Below are positions 22,700 through 34,360 of a stretch of DNA of 64,000 nucleotides, piece after piece. This DNA comes from Planktothrix sp. GU0601_MAG3 (lineage in GTDB: Bacteria > Cyanobacteriota > Cyanobacteriia > Cyanobacteriales > Microcoleaceae): NCBI GenBank assembly GCA_035193785.1, contig CP136572.1, positions 4,724,578 through 4,788,577 of the forward strand, given 5' to 3'. Each line of letters opens with the position of its first letter. Position 1 is the first letter of the stretch. The notes below the pieces were generated by a model, which was not told the DNA's origin, made no database searches, and saw only the letters and a list, made by a program, of their open reading frames with translations. Position numbers and translations under genes: made by a program.

Positions 22700-22942
22700 T
22701 CAATAGACAACCTAATATGAAGCAAACCTTCAAAGCACGGGGTTTTAAACCCATTTCGCCTATAAAAAACCCCAAGGTAGAGATGATTATGTTAAGCTGT
22801 AGCACTAATATAGATTGCCAGTTTCTATCTCTCCTAGATCCGATGTTGATTTAAAAACTCGGATCAAAATTAAGAATTGAGAAATTTTTTCTTTTTTTAT
22901 TCTTAATTATCAATGCCAAATTCTTAATCGTGGACTCCTGTT

Positions 22943-23770
22943 ATGATCACTCCCAGTGAGTTAAATTACTATTATAAAGTGTTAGATCTGAAGCCTGGAG
23001 CCCCGTTAGAATCGGTGGATCAGGCCTATAAAGACTTAGCATTTATTTGGCATCCCGATCGCATTCCTGAAGAAAATCAACGATTAAAAAAAATCGCTGA
23101 GGAAAAACTCAAGGAAATCAATCAAGCTAGGGAAAAATTGCGTTCTTTATTGCGTCGATCAAGTTCAAATTCAACTCAACATTCTTCAAATGTTTCGCAT
23201 TCCGAATCCCATTCCAGAGGCTCCTCAAATGGTGCAGGAAATTCCTATACCTATCAGAAACCACCTTATACTTATCAATCCTCTACCTATCAAAGCCGGG
23301 TAAAAACCTCTGAAAATAATAATTTTCAACGTCCCCCAGCCAGTAAACCTCCGGTTACGCCCCCACCGCCAACTCCCCCCGCACCAACCCCTCCCCCCGA
23401 CAGACCGACGGAATTAAGTGGATTAAGTTTTAAAGGTGCGGATTTAAAAGAAAAGGATTTTTCTAGTCGCAATTTAAGCGGTGCGGACTTAACCGAAGCC
23501 GATTTAAGTGATGCGTTTCTGCATAAAGTTAACTTAAGTGCCGCCTGTTTATATAAGGCGAATTTATTTAGGGCAAATTTTTTACAGGCTAATTTAACCT
23601 ATGCTAATTTACAAGAAGCTAATTTAATTGGGGCTGATTTAAGTGGCGCGGATTTAAGATGTGCAGATTTAACCGGGGCTAAGGTCGGAGTTGGGGATAA
23701 AATTATGGTAAAACTAACCGGAGCTAAATTAGCCGGAGCTATTTTACCCGATGGTAGTGTTCATATTTGA
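22943..23770 (+). CDS. DnaJ-domain plus pentapeptide-repeat protein
   Basis: YYKVLDL..WHPD J-domain, Pro/Ser linker, A(D/N)Lxx repeats. Confidence 0.9.
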   Translation: MITPSELNYYYKVLDLKPGAPLESVDQAYKDLAFIWHPDRIPEENQRLKKIAEEKLKEINQAREKLRSLLRRSSSNSTQHSSNVSHSESHSRGSSNGAGNSYTYQKPPYTYQSSTYQSRVKTSENNNFQRPPASKPPVTPPPPTPPAPTPPPDRPTELSGLSFKGADLKEKDFSSRNLSGADLTEADLSDAFLHKVNLSAACLYKANLFRANFLQANLTYANLQEANLIGADLSGADLRCADLTGAKVGVGDKIMVKLTGAKLAGAILPDGSVHI

Positions 23771-23833
23771 TTTGGGGGCTACCTAGATAAATAAAAATAA
23801 TTTGAGGGGTGATTTCAGCAACTTTTTTTTCAA

Positions 23834-24739
23834 TTAATACATTAAAAGATTAACTAATTCTTGTGTAATAGGAAAACCTGTCTGACGCTCAAAGTGTATA
23901 AACATAGGACTAGGATTTGCCTCTAAAAATACATACTCACCCGTTGGGTTGACACGCCAATCAATTGCTGTCCACTCTAACATAAATGCCTTTGATATTG
24001 CCAGACATTGTTTTTCAACTGCTGCGGGCAAATCTATCCGAATTAGCTCCGCCTCTAAATCTTCCCGAAAGTCTAAAGATTGACTGCGAATTTCGGCAGA
24101 GTAGACTGATTCACCAATTACATAACTGCGAATATTTGTGCCAGGAATATACTCTTGTATTGTGACTGGAGAAAGACTCAAAGCCCTCTGAAGTCGATTA
24201 GATTCTAAATGAGCCTCCGTCACAAACTTGGTATGAGCTCCACCATAAACGGGCTTGAAAATTACTTTTTTATAGGTTTGGACAAATTCCCTAACTTGCT
24301 CTGGATTGTTACTGATTAAAGTAGCCGGAATCGTGACTCCTATTTGTTTTGCCCTACTCAGTTGTAGGGGTTTTTCTTTATGAAATTGGTAGGCTTGCCA
24401 GGAATTAATCCAACGACCAGGACAGGATTGCATCAGCGATCGCACTGTACTCATTGAATCATTAAATGCAACTTTCTGTTGATTTGAATCTTTGAAAGGT
24501 GCAACGTAAACACCGGAGAAATTCCGCCAAAATATACTATGGATGTCTTGGAAATTCAACTGGCAACCTCCGGGTAGCGTCAAGTATCCTACCTGAGTGT
24601 CAGGTTGCCAAGACAGACGTAACTGCCTTGGAAACTGGTAGGTATCCAAATAATCTACCGAGGCTCCAGCTTGGGTGAGGGCATTCTTGATATGGGCTGC
24701 ATGGGCATCTGAAGCATCACCTAAAATTAAAATATTCAT
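23834..24739 (-). CDS. RimK-like ATP-grasp ligase, probable graspetide synthetase
   Basis: KPLQL, IPATLISN, IFKPVYGG, IQEYIPG, FLEANPSPMF; downstream of a TTxxxxEE precursor. Confidence 0.85.
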   Translation of the reverse strand: MNILILGDASDAHAAHIKNALTQAGASVDYLDTYQFPRQLRLSWQPDTQVGYLTLPGGCQLNFQDIHSIFWRNFSGVYVAPFKDSNQQKVAFNDSMSTVRSLMQSCPGRWINSWQAYQFHKEKPLQLSRAKQIGVTIPATLISNNPEQVREFVQTYKKVIFKPVYGGAHTKFVTEAHLESNRLQRALSLSPVTIQEYIPGTNIRSYVIGESVYSAEIRSQSLDFREDLEAELIRIDLPAAVEKQCLAISKAFMLEWTAIDWRVNPTGEYVFLEANPSPMFIHFERQTGFPITQELVNLLMY

Positions 24740-24985
24740 GGGAAACCTGATAACAAAAGATGTGGTGCAGTCAAATATTTATCAATAGGAAAAATCGCAA
24801 CACTTGTTAAGTACCTAAACAAAATTAATTACAAATCTTCTACCCAGATCCGGTGTTCCCAGATCCGGTGTTTCCCTTGAAAAAAGCAATTAAATCAGAA
24901 TCAAGCGGGAAAATTCCCCTGAGTTACCTAATCTGAATAATTCAGCGCTCAGGGAGAATCTCTAAAAGAGTCGGCACCAATGAGA

Positions 24986-25324
24986 TTAGTAATACATGGG
25001 GTCTCCACCTTCTTCACCCAGAGCCATAGTGGTCATCTCAGGAGGGTCAATGGGAAGATATTCTCCGCCTTCTTCACCCAGAGCCATAGTGGTCATCGGA
25101 TAAGGGTCAATGGAAATAGGCTTGGCAGGATATCCTCCTCCTCCTTCACTTCCCGGACATGGAGCCGAAATACACTGTATTCCACCACCTCCTTCTCCTA
25201 CCATCATACTGGTGGCCATTAGTCCACCTCCGACTTGGGCTGCCTGCTCATCAGTTAGTGGCTCTTCAAAATCCAAATCCATTGCTTCAAGATCCGCAGG
25301 ATCTAGATCAAAAGGATGATTCAT
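24986..25324 (-). CDS. Graspetide (omega-ester peptide) precursor with TTxxxxEE cores
   Basis: Acidic leader MNHPFDL...QVGGG; cores TSMMVGEG and TTMALGEEGG x2; AGGAG RBS. Confidence 0.82.
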   Translation of the reverse strand: MNHPFDLDPADLEAMDLDFEEPLTDEQAAQVGGGLMATSMMVGEGGGGIQCISAPCPGSEGGGGYPAKPISIDPYPMTTMALGEEGGEYLPIDPPEMTTMALGEEGGDPMYY

Positions 25325-25468
25325 AAAATTCTCCTGTTGGGTAAAAGATTATGCGTGTTTATAAAGAATCTAAATCAGGAGAATCGAGTCATGTTGCCAT
25401 TTTGGCAGGTTTCCCATTGATCTCTCCCCCTTTGATCACTAACAGGACTTGCGCAGTAAGTATTTACC

Positions 25469-25563
25469 TATTGCCTATTGCCTATTTATTGCCTATTTAT
25501 TGCCTATTGCCTATTACCTATTTATTGCCTATTGCCTATTGCCTATTGCCTATTGCCCATTCC
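25469..25563. repeat. TATTGCC heptamer tandem repeat (STRR-like)
   Basis: Read directly. Confidence 0.9.
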
Positions 25564-25585
25564 TATAAGAGTCATTTTTTCATTT

Positions 25586-26287
25586 TTAACCTAAATAGGC
25601 TTGTCTAACTCGTTCGTCGATTAATAAATCAGAGGCTTTACCAGTGAGGGTTAAATATCCGGCTTCTAAAACATAACCTCGATCCGCAATTTCTAAGGCT
25701 AAATGGGCATTTTGTTCTACTAATAAAATCGTAACACCGGATTGATTTAGTTGACGAATTACCGAAAAGATTTCTCGAACAATTTGGGGAGCTAAACCTA
25801 AACTGGGTTCGTCTAATAATAATAACTGAGGACGACTCATTACCGCCCGGGCGATCGCTAACATTTGTTGTTCTCCCCCGCTTAGGGTTCCGGCTAATTG
25901 ATGTTTTCTTTCTGCTAAACGAGGAAAAATCATAAATTGTTTTTCTATATCGGCTTTAATTCCTAAGCGATCGCTTCGGGTATAAGCCCCTAATTCTAAA
26001 TTGGTTAATATGGTTTGTTGAGATAGAATTCTGCGACCTTCTGGACTTTGGGCGATTCCCATTTTCACGACTTGATCGGGACGTAAATCAGTAATATCTT
26101 TTCCTTGATAAATAATTTTCCCTTGGCGGGGATTAATTAATCGAGAAATGGTTTTTAAGGTGGTACTTTTTCCGGCTCCATTGGCTCCAATTAAGGTGAC
26201 AATTTCTCCTTGATTAACAATAATATTAATCTCTTTTAAGGCTTGAATTGCACCATAATTAACCGATACACTAACTAATTCTAACAT
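25586..26287 (-). CDS. livF: Branched-chain amino acid ABC transporter ATP-binding protein
   Basis: GANGAGKST, LSGGEQQMLA, LLDEPSLGLAP. Confidence 0.92.
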   Translation of the reverse strand: MLELVSVSVNYGAIQALKEINIIVNQGEIVTLIGANGAGKSTTLKTISRLINPRQGKIIYQGKDITDLRPDQVVKMGIAQSPEGRRILSQQTILTNLELGAYTRSDRLGIKADIEKQFMIFPRLAERKHQLAGTLSGGEQQMLAIARAVMSRPQLLLLDEPSLGLAPQIVREIFSVIRQLNQSGVTILLVEQNAHLALEIADRGYVLEAGYLTLTGKASDLLIDERVRQAYLG

Positions 26288-26290
26288 AAC

Positions 26291-27071
26291 TTATTCATCT
26301 CCTAAATAGGCTTCAATCACCGCCGGATTATTTCTCACAATTTCCGGTTCTCCTAAAGCAATTAATTTCCCAAAGTCTAACACCGCAATGCGATCGCATA
26401 ACCCCATCACTAAAGGGACATGATGTTCAATTAAAATCACGGTTAATTGAAATTGTTCTCGAATTTTTCTAATTAAATCACTGAGTTCTTTTTTCTCGCT
26501 GGGGTTCATTCCCGCCGCAGGTTCATCTAATAATAACAATTTCGGTTCTAAGGCTAAAGCTCGAGCAATTTCTAACCGCCTTTGGTCACCATAAGCAAAA
26601 TTACAGGCTTTTTGTTCCGCCCGTTCTAATAATCCAAATATTGCCAATAATTCCCTGGCTTTTTGATAGTTTTCCCGTTCTATTTTTCTTCCCTTTGGTA
26701 AGCCTAAAACCCCTGAAATAAGATGGGATTGATTATGAGTATGACGAGCAATAACAACATTTTCTAAAGCCGATAAATTGCCAAATAACCTAAGATTTTG
26801 AAAGGTTCTAGCGATGCCTTTTTCAGCGATTTGATAGGGTTTTAATTGAGTAATAGAATGATTTTGATAAATCAATGATCCTTGAGAGGGAGGAATTAAC
26901 CCCGTAATTAAATTAAATAAGGTCGTTTTCCCGGCTCCATTAGGGCCAATTAAACCAAATATTTCTTGATCTTGAAACCGCAAACGAAACCTGATCAACG
27001 GCTAATAATCCCCCAAAATATCGGGTTAAGCCTTGGACTTCTAAAAGGGGTTTTAAGGTAGATGAACTCAT
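26291..27071 (-). CDS. livG: Branched-chain amino acid ABC transporter ATP-binding protein (+1 at GTTC ~26974)
   Basis: FGGLLAV, GPNGAGKTT, ARTFQN, LLDEPAAG. Confidence 0.9.
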
Positions 27072-27074
27072 TTG

Positions 27075-28037
27075 TTAACCCTTAACTGATTGTTTATTCC
27101 AGAGTCTCCGCCAGGGATTTTTTCGGGTAATTTTGTTTAATAATTCGGGAGTAATTAAACCTTGAGGATAAAAAATTGACCCCAAAACCAATAATACCCC
27201 AAAAATAATTAAACGACCCTCGCGTAAAAATTGCGCTAACCACAGGGGTAAACCACTAATTTCTCCCATTCCCCGTAAAACTTCCGGTAAAGCGGTGAGA
27301 ATAATTCCTCCTAAAACTGGCCCCCAAAAGGTTCTTGACCCGCCAATTAAAACAAACGCTAAATAAATAATACTACTATCAAAAGTGCCTTGGCGAGCAT
27401 TCCAAGTATTGAGAAAATGGGCGCTAATAGTTCCCACTAATCCTGCTAAAATTGCCCCCAAAGTAAAGGATAATACCTTATAATGGGTGGGATTAACCCC
27501 CATGGAATCGGCGGCTAATTCATCTTCTCGAATTGCACTAAAAGCGCGTCCGGCTTTAATTTTTTCTAAGCGGTATAAGAACACCATACTCAGAATTAAC
27601 AGGGGAATTGCTACCCATAAATATTCTAGGGGCGTTGCAAAGGGTTGGGGAATCCCAAAGATACCAACCGCCCCCCCAGTTATCTCTAAATTCAGGGCTA
27701 AAACCCGTAAAATTTCTACTAAAGCAATGGTGGAAATGGCTAGATAAATTCCTCGTAATCTCAATACCGGAATGCCTAATCCTACGGCTAAAACAGCAGA
27801 AATTATGGCGGTTATCAATAGTTCTAAAAATAGAAAAGGTAAGGGAAAAATAGTTCCTTGAAATTTAAAAACCTGGGTAGATAAAATCGCCGCAATATAA
27901 CCCCCTAACGCATAAAATCCAGGGGTTGCTAAGGAGAGTTGACCCGCCATTAAAGGTAAATAAATAGATAGCCCTAAAACCGCTCCAAATAACATAGAAA
28001 CGATCAAAAAGCCATAGTTGTTAAAAAAATCAATCAT
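27075..28037 (-). CDS. livM: Branched-chain amino acid ABC transporter permease
   Basis: GQLSL, LRLRGIYLAIST, GRAFSAIREDE. Confidence 0.9.
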   Translation of the reverse strand: MIDFFNNYGFLIVSMLFGAVLGLSIYLPLMAGQLSLATPGFYALGGYIAAILSTQVFKFQGTIFPLPFLFLELLITAIISAVLAVGLGIPVLRLRGIYLAISTIALVEILRVLALNLEITGGAVGIFGIPQPFATPLEYLWVAIPLLILSMVFLYRLEKIKAGRAFSAIREDELAADSMGVNPTHYKVLSFTLGAILAGLVGTISAHFLNTWNARQGTFDSSIIYLAFVLIGGSRTFWGPVLGGIILTALPEVLRGMGEISGLPLWLAQFLREGRLIIFGVLLVLGSIFYPQGLITPELLNKITRKNPWRRLWNKQSVKG

Positions 28038-28045
28038 AAATTTAG

Positions 28046-28996
28046 TTATACCTTTTGAATGCGTTTACGTCCTAATAATCCCTGGGGTCGAACTAATAGC
28101 ATCATTAACAGAATAGCAAAGGCGATCGCATCTCGATAACCGGAAAAATCCGGCGGCACAAAGGCTTCTGCTAACCCTAATAATAACCCCCCAATTACCG
28201 CCCCGGGAATACTTCCTAACCCTCCTAAAACGATGACTCCCAAACCCTTTAAACCGAAAGCAATACCAAAATACGGCCCAGCAATACTCACACTAGATCC
28301 AACTAAAGTTCCGGCGAGTCCCGCTAAAAATCCACTGACAAAAAACGTTAATATAATAAACTGTTCGGGGTTAATTCCTAATAAACTGGCGGTAATTTCA
28401 TCCTCAGCCACCGCTTGTAAGGCTTTGCCAATCTTAGTTTTATTTACCAGATAGGTTAATAAAGCCACAATTACCATACAAACCGTAAAAATGATCACCT
28501 GAACGCTTCTAATCATAATCGGTTTTGTGGCTGTACCAAAATTAATGGCGGCGGGAATATTGCCATAAATATTATCAGGAAAGGTATAAATTTCTGCCCC
28601 TACTAAATATTGAATTGTATTCACAATCACCACCGCAGCACCCAAACTTGAAACCAGGGTTAATAGGGAATCAGCCCCTCTAACTCTCAAGGGTCTAAAG
28701 GCTAATCTTTCTAAGACAATTGAGGCTAACCCAGCTAGAATACTCCCGAAAATTAAAGCTATAAAAAACGGGAATTGAAAGGGTAACTTACCATTGGCTA
28801 ATAATCCATTAAACCCAAAAACGCCCCCGGATAAGATATAGGTAAAATAAGCTCCCAAGGTAAAAATAGCACCATGGGCAAAATTAATCACCCCTAAAAT
28901 CGAAAAAACCAGGGTGTAACCCAAGGCAAAAATAGCATAAACACTTCCAATCGATAAACCATTTAAAAATGATTGTAGGAAAAAATTAAAATCCAT
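28046..28996 (-). CDS. livH: Branched-chain amino acid ABC transporter permease
   Basis: YAIFALGYTLVFSILGVINFAHG, GGLGSIPGA, RPQGLLG. Confidence 0.92.
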   Translation of the reverse strand: MDFNFFLQSFLNGLSIGSVYAIFALGYTLVFSILGVINFAHGAIFTLGAYFTYILSGGVFGFNGLLANGKLPFQFPFFIALIFGSILAGLASIVLERLAFRPLRVRGADSLLTLVSSLGAAVVIVNTIQYLVGAEIYTFPDNIYGNIPAAINFGTATKPIMIRSVQVIIFTVCMVIVALLTYLVNKTKIGKALQAVAEDEITASLLGINPEQFIILTFFVSGFLAGLAGTLVGSSVSIAGPYFGIAFGLKGLGVIVLGGLGSIPGAVIGGLLLGLAEAFVPPDFSGYRDAIAFAILLMMLLVRPQGLLGRKRIQKV

Positions 28997-29060
28997 CTAT
29001 ATAGGGAACAGGGAACAGGGAACGGGGAATGGGGAATGGGGGAAAATAGGGAATTAGGAC

Positions 29061-32000
29061 TTAGAACCGTTCTCCCAATCCGAAGTGTATCCGACTATCT
29101 CCATCATTATTAATCCCATAATCAATCCGCACTGGCCCTAGGGGAGTTTGTAGGCGCACACCAACCCCATAACCGATACCACTTCCGGGCTTATCCCGCA
29201 CACCCCCGGGAGAACCAGGAACTGTCCCCTGGGAACCTAAATCCGTTGCTGCATCCAAAAATAGTGCCCCACCAATAAAACTGGAAAATACGGGGAAACG
29301 GTACTCCATGGAGACTTGGATAAAACTGCGGGTGGAGGCGATCGCTCCTTCTTCCCAACCCCGTACCGAAGTTGTCCCGCCCAAGGGAAAGGCTTCGTAG
29401 GGGGGTAAATTGCCGATGACCGTACCCCCTTGGAAGTTAAACGCCAAGGATTGAGAGCCTTCGGGAATGAAGCCGGAGAGGAATTTCACTGGAACATAAA
29501 AGGTATATCCAGCCCGCAAACGGTTCATTAAAATACTTCCTGAAACCAACCGGGATAGATTGTTCCGAACCAAAACGCAGTAAATAGCCAGAGGTGGGTT
29601 GTTGTTTATTGTTGCGACGATCTTGAACAAATCCAAACTGAACGGTTAATAAATCGTCTTTTCCACTCCCGCTATAACTCAATTGATTACCAAATTCATC
29701 GGTACGGTTAACTTCACCATCGGAGTCCGTGATTTCCACCCGTTGATATTGGAATCCGATGGAGGCGACCCAATTGGGATCGGCGAAAACATTATCCGCA
29801 TAGGGACGAGTAAAACTAATCCCCCCTCCAGTCCTCAATACCCGGGGGCGATCGCCATTTTCCAAATAAACCTCTTTCGGCCCATTTTCAAAGACCACGG
29901 AAATTGTCCGACGTCTAAAAGCATTCAAAGTATAAGAGGTGCGATAGGGATCACCCGCAATCCAAGGATCGGTGAAGTTTAAATCCATTTGAAACACCCG
30001 ATTTCCCGCTTCTAATTCCGCCCCTAAACGTTGGTTATTTCCCCCTAAGTTAATTTCCTGATAACTCAAGGTTCCAAATAATCCGGCGGCGGAACTCACT
30101 CCCCCCCCAAATGCGAGTGATCCGGTGGTTTTTTCGATCACATTCACAATCACCACCGCCTCCCGGGGATTATCTTTTCCGGGTTCTAATTCTAAGCGGA
30201 CATCTTCAAAAATTCCCAAACCAAATACCCTAGCTAAATCCTGTTGTGCGGTTTTTTGGTTAAATACATCCCCAGGTTTTAATTGAATTTCCCGGGTGAT
30301 AATAAAGTCTCGGGTTCTTCCCGAAATTGGTTTTCCTTCTTCATCGGTTAATTCTCCATCGGAATTAAGGAAACGCACCCCAATATTTTCAATTATCCCT
30401 TCTGCGACTTCTATGTTAACAACACCTTCTTTTGTGACTTCAGGAGCGGCGACAACCTGTGCTAAAACATAGCCATTATCCTGATACCATTGATTGATTT
30501 TTTTAATTCCTGCTTCTATTTGACTCAAATTGATGGTTTTATTTAATTGGTCGCTGAAACTTTCATTAATAATTTCTTCGGGTAAAACCGTATCTCCTTG
30601 AATTACAACTTCTTTGAATAGGGGGTTTTCTTCTACTTCAAAAGTTACTCGTACTCCTAAAGGGGTATCCTCTGGAATAGCTTTCACATTTCGGAATAAA
30701 CCCGTAGCGAAAATTGCATTAATATCTCTTTGTAATTGAGTCCGGGTTGTTGTTCGTCCGGGTTGGGTGGAAATAACGCTATATACTTTTTCAATTAATC
30801 CTTGGTCTTGGGTTTCCTGTGACTGTAATTTCTCCAACTAATACTTCGGTTTCCGATGCTGCGGGTGCGCTGGGAAGGGGGATAGTAGCAGGAGTTTCGG
30901 GTTGTATTGGAACTTCGGAATCGGGGGGTGAGGTTGCGGGTGTTGCTTGGGCGATCGTTAATGGAATAGTGGGAGAGAATGATGCTATTTTTTCGGGGTC
31001 TTTATGTAAACTCGGTTGAAATAAATCGGATTCGGGTAAGTTAGAATTAAGGGCGATCGCTTCTTCTGTCCTGACGGGAAAGCTAAAATTATTAACTTTT
31101 TCGGTTTCAGCTTTATTCAGGATTATTCCTAAATTTGAGAAATTATTAATTTCTGCAACTGCAATTTTTTCGGGAACTGAAGTTGGGAATTGGGCTATTT
31201 TTTCGGGATCTTTATGTAAACTTGGTTGAAATAAATCGGATTCGGGTAAGTTAGAATTAAGGGCGATCGCTGTTTCTGTCCTGACGGGAAAGCTAAAATT
31301 ATTGACTTTTTCGGTTTCAGCTTTATTCAGGATTATTCCTAAATTCGAGAAATTATTGATTTCTGCAATTGCAACTTTTTCGGGAACTGAAGTTGGGAAT
31401 TGGGCTATTTTTTCGGGGTCTTTATGTAAACTCGGTTGAAATAGCTCGGATTCGGGTAAGTTAGAATTAAGGGCGATCGCTTCTTCTGTTCTGATGGGAA
31501 AGCTAAAATTATTGACTTTTTCGGTTTCAGCTTTATTCAGGATTATTCCTAAATTCGAGAAATTATTGATTTCTGCAATTGCAATTTTTTCGGGAACTGA
31601 AGTTGGGAATTGGGCTATTTTTTCGGGGTCTTTATGTAAACTCGGTTGAAATAAATCGGATTCGGGTAAGTTAGAATTAAGGGCGATCGCTTCTTCTGTT
31701 CTGATGGGAAAGCTAAAATTATTGACTTTTTCGGTTTCAGCTTTATTCAGGATTATTCCTAAATTCGAGAAATTATTTATTTCTGCAATTGCAACTTTTT
31801 CGGGAACTGAAGTTGGGAATTGGGCTATTTTTTCGGGGTCTTTATGTAAACTTGGTTGAAATAAATCGGATTCGGGTAAGTTAGAATTAAGGGCGATCGC
31901 TTCTTCTGTTCTGACGGGAAAGCTAAAATTATTGACTTTTTCGGTTTCAGCTTTATTCAGGATAATGGCTGAATTATTAGCTTCAGTCTGGTTTATTTCA

Positions 32001-32501
32001 GGTGAAACCTCCGTTGAAACTTGCGCTAATTTTTCTAAATCTTCTGTAGTTTTCCCCTTATTGAGACTAATAGAATTTTCTGCTAAAACCTCTGATTCCA
32101 CAGGATGCAAAGAAGACTCTAAAGCAGGATGAATTAGGGGTTGAGAGGGATTGAATGGGGGTAAATTTTGAGAAGAGGAAGTATTAACCCAAGAAAAGTA
32201 AATATTGTTTCCCATCGACTGACCCAGAGAAAAAGCCAGATCTGGATAGGACGATTTAGTCTTATTTAAAACTATTCCTTCAAAAGAATTAATAGATGTA
32301 GAGGGAATAATCTGATTAACAGCTAAAGTTTGTTCATGGGTTTTTGATGGGTTCAAACTCGGATTTATTGGATCAAAAGCTTCTTGAGAAACTGAGGGAA
32401 CTTTCAGAATCAGAATAGGCGGTTTGACCATTTGCAGAGTTGGATAATCCAAACGTAGCTGAAGCAGTAAAAACCGCAACTAAGACAGGAGATAAACGCA
32501 T
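29061..32501 (-). CDS. bamA: BamA/Omp85 outer-membrane assembly protein with a long repetitive N-terminal extension (three +1 at GAAC/GTTC)
   Basis: Signal MRLSPVLVAV, POTRA motifs (IFATGLF, WYQDNGY, GRTRDFIITRE), barrel SVRGW, C-terminal FGLGERF. Confidence 0.88.
30984..31963 (-). repeat. Intragenic 210-bp (70-aa) tandem repeat, ~4.7 copies
   Basis: Units start at ~30984, 31194, 31404, 31614, 31824; each contains a HIP1 site. Confidence 0.95.
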
Positions 32502-32711
32502 GATACTCACTCTTTTAGACAATCCCACACCTACAACTTGTCAATCCTCAGCGAAGGCTTAGGGAGATAGTTACACCCGTTACCATCGCTGCGACATCTG
32601 ACATCTTAACAAGCTTTGACACTTCTACATCGAAAAGCTTTTAATCTCATGGGTTATGATCCCCCCTAACCCCTATGACAAAAGGATTTAGGGGGATCAA
32701 AATATTTAGCT

Positions 32712-33452
32712 TTATTGGGATGGGTTGGAAGTATGTTCCAAAACCCGTTTAAGCACCTGTTGATACGCAGATTCAACATTTCCTAAATCTCGACGGAAGC
32801 GGTCTTTGTCCAAAACTCGTCGGTCGGGGTCTGTTTCGGATTGATCCCACAAACGACAGGTATCAGGACTAATTTCGTCGGCGAGTACCAATTGACCCTC
32901 AGAAGTTATCCCAAATTCTAATTTAAAATCCACTAAAGTAATCCCACACTCATTAAAAAATTCCGAGAGAATTTGATTAATTTGTAAGGATAACTGGGTA
33001 ATTTGTTCCAACTGTTCCGGCGTGGCTAATTTCATTAATAACAGTCGTTCATGGGTTAATAGGGGATCGCCTAATTCATCATTTTTATAGCAAAATTCTA
33101 CTAAAGTCGGTTCAATAATTGTACCCGCAGGAATCCCCGTTTGTTTACATAAACTTCCCGCCGCAATATTGCGAACTATCACTTCTATCGGCACAATTTT
33201 AACCCGTTTTACCCGCATTTCATTGGGGGTAGGACAATCAATATAATGGGTCGGAACTCCTTTTGCTTCTAAGCATTGAAACAGATGGCTAGAAATCGCA
33301 TTATTAATTTCTCCTTTCCCTTGAATTGTCCCGCGTTTTTGGGCATTAAATGCCGTTGCATCATCCTTAAAATAGGCGAGTAATATTTCGGCTTCATCCG
33401 TCGGATAGATGATTTTGGCTTTTCCTTCGTAGAGTTTTTCGGGAGTAGACAT
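32712..33452 (-). CDS. purC: SAICAR synthetase
   Basis: LYEGKAK, FKDDATAFN, LVDFKLEFG, LADEISPDTCRLWD. Confidence 0.96.
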   Translation of the reverse strand: MSTPEKLYEGKAKIIYPTDEAEILLAYFKDDATAFNAQKRGTIQGKGEINNAISSHLFQCLEAKGVPTHYIDCPTPNEMRVKRVKIVPIEVIVRNIAAGSLCKQTGIPAGTIIEPTLVEFCYKNDELGDPLLTHERLLLMKLATPEQLEQITQLSLQINQILSEFFNECGITLVDFKLEFGITSEGQLVLADEISPDTCRLWDQSETDPDRRVLDKDRFRRDLGNVESAYQQVLKRVLEHTSNPSQ

Positions 33453-33484
33453 AGAAATAGACTATTGAAAGGTTAAATAATTAA

Positions 33485-34360
33485 TTATAAATCATAAATC
33501 ACCCGATAAATAGCATCTGCAACTCGACTGACATCCACCATTTCTTTAACATCATGAACCCGTAAAATATCCGCACCATTAGCAATCGCCGCCACACAGG
33601 TCGCTGCTGTTCCCCAAACCCTTTGTTTGGGGTCGGGTTGGTTTAAAATATGACCAATAAAACTTTTTCGAGATGTTCCGACTAAAATTGGACAATTAAG
33701 CGATCGCAATTTGGTTAAATTCCTCAATATTTCTAAATTCTGTTCAAAGGTTTTTGCAAAACCAATCCCCGGATCAATAATAATATTTTGAGGTGCAATT
33801 CCTTGGGCGATCGCTTCCTTAATTCTACCTTGTAAAAACCCTTCTAAATCCTCGATTAAATCCTGATAATCCGTCATGGTTTGCATGGTTTTCGGTGTTC
33901 CTCTCATGTGCATTAAAATAATAGGAACCTGCAATTTAGCCACCATAGATAACATTTCAGCATCAAAAGTAGCCCCGGAAATATCATTAATTATATCCGC
34001 CCCGGTTTTAACTGCAACCTCCGCCACTTGGGAACGAGTGGTATCAATAGAAATAGGAATATTTGCTAATAATTGATTAGAGTTATTTCTAATGGTTTCA
34101 ATCACAGGAATAACCCGATTTAATTCCGTTTCTAAACTCACAATTTCCGCCCCAGGTCGGGTTGATTGTCCGCCAATATCAATGATATCAACTCCCGCTT
34201 CCACCATTTGTTGCGCCTGATGCAAAGCCCTTTCTAAACTATTAAAATCTCCCCCATCACTGAAACTATCAGGAGTCACATTCAAAACCCCCATAATATA
34301 GGTTCGCTTTCCCCATTCTAAACTTTTATCTCTAATATTTAAAGGGTTAAAAATAGTCAT
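33485..34360 (-). CDS. folP: Dihydropteroate synthase
   Basis: MGVLNVTPDSFSDGG, STRPG, DPGIGF, SRKSF, RVHDV. Confidence 0.96.
   Translation of the reverse strand: MTIFNPLNIRDKSLEWGKRTYIMGVLNVTPDSFSDGGDFNSLERALHQAQQMVEAGVDIIDIGGQSTRPGAEIVSLETELNRVIPVIETIRNNSNQLLANIPISIDTTRSQVAEVAVKTGADIINDISGATFDAEMLSMVAKLQVPIILMHMRGTPKTMQTMTDYQDLIEDLEGFLQGRIKEAIAQGIAPQNIIIDPGIGFAKTFEQNLEILRNLTKLRSLNCPILVGTSRKSFIGHILNQPDPKQRVWGTAATCVAAIANGADILRVHDVKEMVDVSRVADAIYRVIYDL

Noticed and set aside
23834..25324. Microviridin cluster
   Set aside because: No TxKYPSD core or PFFARFL leader, and only one ATP-grasp gene.
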